A stretch of 61,833 bases of DNA, the filler included, from Sluysia triapertura (taxonomy: Eukaryota), in assembly GCA_046118255.1 (NCBI GenBank). It is 5 parts of 5 records of this genome, joined end to end, with 100 filler letters (N's around TTAATTAATTAA, not from the genome) between each part and the next. Parts side by side here need not be neighbours in the genome. Positions count along the whole stretch, not along the records: positions 48,647 to 61,833 come from JBJNIA010053885.1; 4 more parts are not named here. One strand, 5' to 3'. Below are positions 54,001 through 61,833 of this stretch, in pieces (the first letter of the stretch is position 1; each line of letters begins with the position of its first letter). The translations under genes and the position numbers were made by a program. The notes under the pieces were generated by a model. It saw nothing but the letters and a program-made list of their open reading frames with translations, made no database searches and was not told the DNA's origin.

Positions 54001-55293
54001 ACCTGCACGAACTTATGCACCAACCCATTATTTATAATCAATTTTTTAAGCGTTTATTACTCGTATATAAAAATGTATTTTAAAATCCGTAAATATATAA
54101 ATGTTTTATTTAATATAAATATTTCATCTTTGCTCTTAAGTAAAAAAATAATTTTCTTTGTATAAACAGTTGAAATGAAAAACAAATATTAATAGGGCCC
54201 CGGAGTTAGAATTTGCTTGTGGGCCTAAAAGATCTATGATCATGAAGAAATTATTATAGAATATAATCAATTAAATTTTTGACTATATTATGATTTGAGG
54301 GTTTAATTATTCTGAACAGTGTTTTATGATTTAGGACTATTCCTGTAACTGTTTATCTTTAATTTCTAAGCCTTGTCACATTTTAATTTTTGTTTGTAAA
54401 AATGTTCAACATTAAATTTAAAGCTGGCCTAAGGCCTGTCCTTTACGTGACCTCATTTTAGTGGGTGTAATTAACCCAATAAAAAACAAGAAACAACAAA
54501 AAGAATGCAATTAAGTTTTCGTCTCGGACGTTGAGATTCATTGTGAATACTCATGCTTTTCTTGTAAATATAACATCACAAATTTTTAACAAATTCAGCC
54601 GTGATGTTTATAGCAACTAAAATACTTTTAGGTTCATGAAGCATCTCAATACGACATGAATGATAAGGTTGCCTTTCTAACTTACATAAAATTAAATAAC
54701 ATCACTGACATTAAAATATTCTTTCATTATCAATGGTGCAATTTTAGAATCATTACAAGAGTCGATTGAGTTGCTTGTCATGCATGTCTTACTCATAAAC
54801 TCTTTCCAGATGATGTGAACTCACGGGATCAAGTACTCATTCTCATTCTTTACTAACCAGGTTTTAAAAGAATGGCTCACCGAAATGTCAAGTGCTTGGA
54901 ACTGGGATGTAAGGTTACCAAGTATCACGGTGAGTTCAGAATTCAATTGTCCTATTATCAAAAGATTTCCTATTGAAATAAGCGCTTGTATGTCCACGAT
55001 TTCATGACTTCCTATCCTTTATATTACGAACTATCCGGACGAACTGAAGAATTCTCTTGGCATTGTACTAAGTTTAATGGCTTGGGTTAGTTCCCTTCAG
55101 CGATACAACTAAGTACAACTGTTAAACACATCTTTTGTTACTTCAATTCTATTATCATTCTGATGCTTAGGATATCGAAGTTCATATAAACTTCATTTGT
55201 CTGATTTGAAACTCCTGTTAATGGAAACGTTGGGTAATTTGAAAAATTTGGAAATATTTTTATAAATCATTCTTTGCGGGCTTTGTCAAGTGA

Positions 55294-55357
<64 letters not shown>

Positions 55358-58300
55358 GTTATTATTATTATTATTATTTTCCAGGAAGCAGCAGCATGAG
55401 TATTTGTAAATTGGACGATGTGTCATCCCTGGTATCACCGTACGATAATGGTTCCAATTGCTTTCAAAATAACGGTGTCGGTGCCGAACATTTGTTGGCG
55501 GCTCCTGCAACCGATTCAGATGATTATTATTACCAACAACAGTACACGGATTTGAAAAAGAAGATGGAAATGAAGGAAAACAAAATGATCCAAATGAGCC
55601 GCGAGAATATGGATTTAAGGGAAACAATAAGCAATTTGACTAGGTTATAGTTACGTTTTACGATCATTGTTCAAACAACGAACATAAAATTTAAATGACT
55701 ACAATTCAAATTGGAACTATCTTAATTAATTAATAAAACGAATACTCAATAGCGCTTAAAATGCAACATTCGTCGTATATTTCTGAAATGGAAAAATTCT
55801 TCCGAAGCAAGAGATATTTAGGACTTTCATGATATAAGCATTTATAAATAACTACAATTCTACTCAGGCTTTTATTGTTTTCCAGTGGAATTGTTAAAAT
55901 AATACGCAACATCATTTCTCTATAATACAGTCAATTCTGTAATGAAATTTGTCGTTTATTATACAAATTAAACTTTAGTTTGTGCTTGTTGACAAACAAT
56001 GACTCTTGTTTGTTTAAAAAGTATTCGTAAATTTTATGAAATTCTAGACCTTCTAAAACTCTTACGCTTTCACATTCAATTATTTAAATTTTCCAAATAC
56101 TTTAACAAATAACAAATGAATTTTAATTCTCAATAAGAATTATTATCTTTATTAGGGTGATTTTTGATTATATTATTAATTAATGCACTCTTAATTACTT
56201 AGGAATTATTCGCAACTTCCAGTCATATCAGAATTTCTGTTAGTTATGATCTTAAAATATGTTAATGAAACACTAGACTTATATTGTAATAACTAATTTT
56301 GTTATTCACTTTCAAATTATTTGTAAAAGAACTTTTACTTTTCTCTGAGGCTTATTCAAACTTAATTTTATTTTACACGCACACACACTCGATACTTTAA
56401 ATTCAGGCTTCCTATACATAAAACGCAACAATTATATTTGTAACGAACAGTGTGCATATTCAAAAAGTATAGATAAAATAAAGACCAATATTAAATAAAC
56501 AAAGTACAATAGATACTTGACGTCATAAAATTTTTGGCGGGAGCATATGTATTCATTCCTCGGCCCTCTAATGGCCACTCTTAAGCTCGGGTCTTGTTAC
56601 GGCTCTGCTTTACATAATAATATAAACAATCTTTATAAACAAATGAAATTCTTAACTTCAAAACAATTATGATTCAATTCTATATATAATAAATTTTAGG
56701 TATTCAAATTGTCTTAACACACTTTTTCTTCGAATTATCTCAAAGATTATTTCTATTTAATTCAATACCTTTCAAAGTTAATTAATAATCTTTATTTACT
56801 ATTATTCATAATAATAATAACATTATTATTTATTTATTTATTTTAAATTTTTTTTAAAATATCAGTTTATTTGAACGTTTACAAAACTTTAGATTTTATC
56901 AAATGACTTTTGATCCTTGATGAACATTATTTTTATCTGCGAAGTCGTGATTCTAACTCGTCTCTGATGTTAGATATAGAAGTGTAAATAAAATTAAAAA
57001 AACCATTAAAAACTTTCTTTAAAAGTCTCAAAATATCAAAATGAAATAAAGATAAATTAACTAAAATTTGTACCGGTATACATATATCACTTATAAGTCA
57101 TGCTATAAAATACACAATACATAAATAGTATGCAAAGGAAAATTATACGATCTTAAATGATATTTTAATTTGGAACAATTTAAATCGACAAATTCAGATG
57201 ATTTAGTTCTTGCTCTAAATTCGCTGTATTTAATTGATTTAAGTTGGTATATCATTCAAACAGTAAACATTGTTATGATAATCATATTAAATTTTGATTT
57301 TATTAATTATCTTCAAGTAATTGATAAATTGGAAGTCGACGGAAATTATCTTAGAAATTTGATTATTAATATTGGTTGGCTTATAACCGAATCAAAAGAA
57401 TAAGTAATTTCACAGTAATTTTTAATCTTCTCAGCAATTATCTAACTACTACTTATAAGCGATCGTAATTTAAACGAAGAGAGAATTTTAGATTCTAATC
57501 AATAGAACTTGCTATAATACAATTTTATACATTTTTTAAGAAGATTATTTGATTAAACAAAAAATGTCTTATTAACATTATTTTTAGACAAATTGAACAA
57601 ATGAATGAAAATCAAGATTCCTCTGCCACAGACATATCAGCTCTCACTAGGGAATTTACTAGTCGTCTAAATGAAGCCGAGAAACGAGCACAAATGGCAA
57701 CAAAAGAAAAAGATAATGTGAAAAAGGTGCTTAATGAATTAAAAAGGTTTATTTTATTTGTACAGATGAAAAAACATTTAATGATATTTAATAATAATAA
57801 TAATCATAATCATAATCATAATAATCATAATCATAATAAAATTAAATAGATAATTTACAATTTAGTAATGAATCTCAAAAAATAGAAACTGTGATTAAAG
57901 AAAAAGAACAGCAAATTGCAGAGTTATTAATGGAGGGTGAAAAATTATCCCAAGAACGTCTGAAAATTAATAACACGGTAAAAAATTTGAGAGGAAACAT
58001 TAAAGAAAAAGATGCAGAAATTAATACATTAGTGTAATTATAATAATTATGAATTTATATTTATATTATAAATTTATATTTATGAATTTACATTTACCAC
58101 TACTACTACTACTATTATTATTACTATTATTACTACTATTACTATTACTACTACTACTACTACTATTACTACTACCTCTACTACTATTACTCTTGCGACT
58201 ACTACTATTACTATTGCGACTACTACTATTACTACTACTATTGCTACTACAATTACTACTACTACTAGTAGTAGTACTACAACTATTACTACTACTATAT

Positions 58301-58839
58301 TTTGTATTCAGTTATTGATTGCGCTGTTTTTTATATTTTTAAATTTTGCTTCCCAGATTGCGTCAATTTGTTGTTAATAGTGTGTTGAGAAATATGTAAG
58401 GTTTAGATGAACGAAATAGTAATGTATTTCGGGAGAATAGTGCTGAAAAGTAGTAATTAAAAAAACCATATTCTAAATTGGATGGAATGAACAAAGCTTT
58501 CGAATTTTTATCTGAACATAAAAATGCAACATAAATGAGAAATAATTAAATTTAAAAAATTTCATTTGACACCAATAAATAAGAATATATATTTTCTTAA
58601 AAAACTGCTCATAGTGCTTGTCATTTTACTTTTAAAACTATTTGTTTTATTTAGAACGAAACTGTCAAAAGCAGAAGCTGAAGTGAACCAATTGAAAAAA
58701 GTACTTGAAAGTAGAGAAATCAATGAGAAGAAAAATATTGGTTTGTTTAATTTTTTATTTTGATTTGTATTTTACAGAGGGTATCAATCAATTAACGAAA
58801 GCAGTGGAAAAATTGGAAAAAGAAAAGTGCCAGTTTAAA
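51052..58839 (+). CDS. TMF1: TATA element modulatory factor 1 (golgin TMF1), 5' eight exons; 3' part not found in window
   Basis: Exons 51052-51178 (MSWWG..ALKNAQKKIDKVLDI), 51263-51853, 51899-52120, 55385-55643, 57588-57746 (ISALTREFTSRLNEAEKRAQMATKEKD), 57866-58033 (EKEQQIAELLMEGEKLSQ..VKKLR), 58655-58740, 58778-58839; all GT-AG with consistent phases. Confidence 0.9.
52400..53620 (+). mobile_element. hAT (ZMYM1/DUF4371-like) transposase remnant in TMF1 intron 3
   Basis: CWLF..GLRDWKNL, FWRKVLKRLFDITMKLGRNSSSFRGH..NGKFLSEVEL*AKYDDVL, LLDFTHDITKVD; GC-rich hAT-like ends at about 52970-53027 and 54190-54230. Confidence 0.8.
53620..54030 (+). mobile_element. Internally deleted mariner element
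   Basis: N-terminus MECPVDKNEHFRNILLFYF fused to C-terminus WIEEFFDQKSPSFFKRQIDKPPERWKEVID.GG*Y; right TIR GCACGAACTTATGCACCAACCCA. Confidence 0.85.
54600..55285 (-). mobile_element. pogo-type DDE_1 transposase remnant
   Basis: CLTVVLSCIAEG and ELTVILGNLTSQFQALDISVSHSFK resemble VIPGGLTSQLQPLDVSVNKPFK. Confidence 0.75.
55293..55378. repeat. (ATT)n microsatellite directly upstream of the TMF1 exon 4 acceptor
   Basis: Triplet run ending a few nt before the AG at 55383-55384. Confidence 0.95.
55725..55870 (-). mobile_element. L2 LINE fragment
   Basis: IVVIYKCLYHESPKYLL parallels IITIIYKCLHYGSPEYLL at 45576-45640. Confidence 0.6.
58097..58296. repeat. (ACT/ATT)n compound microsatellite in a TMF1 intron
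   Basis: Source of the poly-Leu ORF 58049-58318. Confidence 0.95.
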
Positions 58840-58843
58840 GTTT

Positions 58844-58901
<58 letters not shown>

Positions 58902-60621
58902 TAATACTTATTTCCTTAATAGTCTGGATTGCCACTCAAGTTAAATTGTTTGTATTCTATTAATCTTTTTGGATTCATTCGGATATATCATATTCGAATA
59001 AAGTTGTCGCAGGGATCTTTCTTTGTTCCTTTAAACTTATGCATTTCTAGGAGGGCCATTCTAGGCAGGTTTTGCCGTAAAATTCTTAAAATCATCAATA
59101 TATTTTGCCATTATCTAAGAGTTAAGTGAGGTTTAGTTATAGTTTTTTTCCATCAATTTTTAATCAAATCAAAGTGTCAAATGTTTAATTCAGTATGTCA
59201 GATTCCAATAAACAATCGAATCTTATCGAGTATCAAAGATAAAACTTAAAACTTGTGTAAATAACTTAAATTACAATTTATAGATCAAACTATAATCGCA
59301 GCTTAATCAAAAACATGGTCTTTTAATTTAATAAAATAAAGAAAATATATTTTCCGGTGGCAATGTATCTAGGATTTTTCTTTTAAATGTTGAAAGTTTT
59401 ATCGAATTTCTCTTTTAAATTGTTAACGAAAAATTTTAACTTATTTAATTTTGCGTTGATTGTTGAAATTAATTTTCATAATTCAACTTCTGTACCACTA
59501 TTTATAATCAGATTTTTATCTGTAAGTAGCGCTTGTACGTGTTGCATTGTAAATTACGCGGAACTATTTATTTTTTATGATTTTAGGGGTTGTTTGCGTA
59601 CACAGATAAACAATTGAAAATTGAACATATTTTTGTACTTTAATAGATAATTATGAACAAGGCATCTAAGCTTTTAAAATGTATTTATTATTATTATTAT
59701 TTGATATAATTATTATATTAATATTATTCTAATTTTAGCGTATCTTTTAATTTATTAAATTCGTTGAATGCATAATTACGATATAAAATTTATGCTCGCT
59801 TGATATTTATAATTTAAAACATAATGTAACTAAGGCAAATGTGTACTTAAGGTCCTTACTGAAACAATTATTAATCTGATACAATTTAAAGTCGTTAAAA
59901 ACTTTAAAAAACCTAAGATTTGAATGCTGAAACCTTGACTCATAAGTATGATGAAGCTTTATTAAAATTATAATTAAACATGAACGAATGTATAAACTTA
60001 AAATTCAGAAATTCTTCTAAGTTCGTCATTCGTCTTAAATCTAAAATATTTCTACATAACATGAAACTATAAAATCTTTTAACTTATTATTCAGCACAAA
60101 AGGAAGCATTAAATTATCTGAAACTCAGTTTAAAATATTCTTTTGTACAACTACTTCCACCATTTTCATTTAATATGGTATTATAAATGTATGTTTAAAT
60201 ATATTTAAATAAATAAATATAAATATTTATGTAAAAATATTTAACACACCATATTCTTAATGCCTAGTACTCAATAGTGAATAAGCCTTCGGCTTAATTA
60301 AATGCCATATTATTTGTACATACCCTTTTTTAATATTCCAAAAAGAAATATCTTCACTACTGACATAACTGGAACTAACATACCACATCTAGTCTATCAT
60401 TCACATTGAAAGATTTCAGGCGATTGAATAAATTTAGATTTTTTATATTCTTTTGCTTGTATTTTTCATTTGTAAATGTCTAATAATAGGAGTTTGACTT
60501 ATTTCTATTTGAAAAGTAACTTTGTCTTCCAAAGAAATTACGCGGTAAATTGAATTGTGAATTGATTTCAATATCCTCTGCCGTAAAGTTTGACAATATG
60601 CGCATTCAAAATTTTCTTTCA

Positions 60622-61833
60622 TTAATAATTTTTTGTTGATTTAAATAACTTGTCATGAATTTCAAATTCTAAAGTATGCACAAGAATAATAATGATAATA
60701 ACTAGTAGATTAAATATTAATATTACTATTTTGACGATGAATGTAGTGATATCTAGAGGATGTTGTGTTGGTATAATATGCTGAACATGTGTAGTAATAT
60801 ATTTTAAGCGTTTGGATTGAAGAAGAGGTTTGTTTGATTCGCATTCGTTATCAAACTTTATGTTATTTTTATTAACATGGTTAAATTTAAATGAAACTAG
60901 GATATCTATAGTTATTTTACAGTTTAAAGTTAATTCGTAAGGGCAAGATGGTTTGTCAATAGGGTCAATTATAGTTATATTATTATTTAAAATCAAATTG
61001 TTACTAAACTGTTTGTCATAAGCGTCTATCAAAGATGTATTTACGGTTAAAATTACCCTATAATTAATTTCTTGATCGGAAACTTTTATTGAGATTTTGC
61101 TTTTATTAAAAATTGAATTATTAAAATGAAAATGCGGTTTAAGGACATATATTAACATTAAATATAATTTTTTAAGAAAAAAACAAATATTGTTGGGGCT
61201 CCACCTCAATAGCGTCTTCTTCCTCGCGGGTCCGAATTCTTGGTGTACATGTCTAGAATACAGAATATCAAATATAATGTAATTAATGTTTATATTAGGA
61301 AAAGGACGATTACCTGGTGCTAGTCTGGATATATCACCGTATTCAGGCTTTGAACATTTTGGCTTATTCCTAATTGTCGAACCAACATGATTGTAAGATT
61401 CGTCCGGGTGGAGAATTGCAAACTGGCAGCTGAAGGCATCGTATTTACAATTAAACATTTCGGTAACGTTACTGGCATCGTATTTATGATTAAACATTTC
61501 GCCGAAATTACTAACATAGTATTTACAACCAAGCATTTGTCTAGAATTACTAACATAGTATTTACAACCAAGCGTTCCTCTAGAATTACTAACATAGTAT
61601 TTACAACCAAGCATTTGTCTAGAATTACTAACATAGTATTTACAACCAAGCATTCCTCTAGAATTACTAACATAGTATTTGCAACCAAGCATTTGTCTAG
61701 AATTAATCGTATTTGAAATCAAAAATTCCTCTAAGGGTACTGACATTACCTTTACAATCAAGCACGTGTCTAAAATCACTACTCGCAAAACAGCTCTCGT
61801 GTTTTGATCGATTTTCTTTAGTCTTGCTTTATT
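60622..61833 (-). CDS. Orphan ORF of at least 403 aa (open to window edge) with 13-aa tandem repeats and a C-terminal hydrophobic segment
   Basis: No stop from 61833 to 60625; repeats (SNSRQMLGCKYYV/SNSRGMLGCKYYV); putative TM segment IVKIVILIFNLLVIIIIILV; no family recognised. Confidence 0.45.
   Translation of the reverse strand, partial: NKARLKKIDQNTRAVLRVVILDTCLIVKVMSVPLEEFLISNTINSRQMLGCKYYVSNSRGMLGCKYYVSNSRQMLGCKYYVSNSRGTLGCKYYVSNSRQMLGCKYYVSNFGEMFNHKYDASNVTEMFNCKYDAFSCQFAILHPDESYNHVGSTIRNKPKCSKPEYGDISRLAPGNRPFPNININYIIFDILYSRHVHQEFGPARKKTLLRWSPNNICFFLKKLYLMLIYVLKPHFHFNNSIFNKSKISIKVSDQEINYRVILTVNTSLIDAYDKQFSNNLILNNNITIIDPIDKPSCPYELTLNCKITIDILVSFKFNHVNKNNIKFDNECESNKPLLQSKRLKYITTHVQHIIPTQHPLDITTFIVKIVILIFNLLVIIIIILVHTLEFEIHDKLFKSTKNY
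61425..61790. repeat. 39-bp tandem array with alternating A/B units (78-bp higher-order period), about 9 units
   Basis: TAGAATTACTAACATAGTATTTACAACCAAGCATTTGTC alternates with a unit ending TTCCTC; five homogeneous central units (61503-61697) and degenerate flanks. Confidence 0.95.

Noticed and set aside
55286-55627. 113-aa minus-strand ORF
   Set aside because: Antisense shadow of TMF1 exon 4 plus a microsatellite
58049-58318. Poly-Leu membrane protein ORF
   Set aside because: (ACT/ATT)n microsatellite in a TMF1 intron
61425-61790. CRISPR-like array
   Set aside because: Head-to-tail 39-bp tandem repeat without spacers

Overview
Very AT-rich eukaryotic (animal, probably protostome/spiralian) nuclear DNA; not prokaryotic. 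The window is an artificial concatenation of five contigs (1-10887, 10988-21882, 21983-35463, 35564-48546, 48647-61833) joined by identical 100-nt linkers (44 N + TTAATTAATTAA + 44 N), so synteny across the linkers means nothing. Recognisable spliced genes, all partial: a copine (C2A/C2B exons, +), GMP synthase (two exons, -), an FCP1/CTDP1-type HAD phosphatase domain without BRCT (-), two ankyrin-repeat exons (+), exon 1 of a Cav2-type calcium channel alpha-1 subunit (-) ending at a U12-type AT-AC donor (ATATCCTTTT), and eight exons of TMF1 (+). Introns are bimodal: 37-45 nt versus several kb filled with decayed transposons (L2 LINE, Tc1, mariner, pogo/Tigger, hAT). The best leads are the minor-spliceosome intron, a dispersed repeat with a tRNA-like module at its 3' end, an orphan ORF of at least 1.2 kb with 13/26-aa repeats antisense to TMF1, a copine whose C2B has lost its Ca2+ ligands, and a locally templated insertion in an ankyrin pseudogene. 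I found no CRISPR, rRNA or prokaryote-type system. All family calls come from manual translation and remembered motifs, not database searches.
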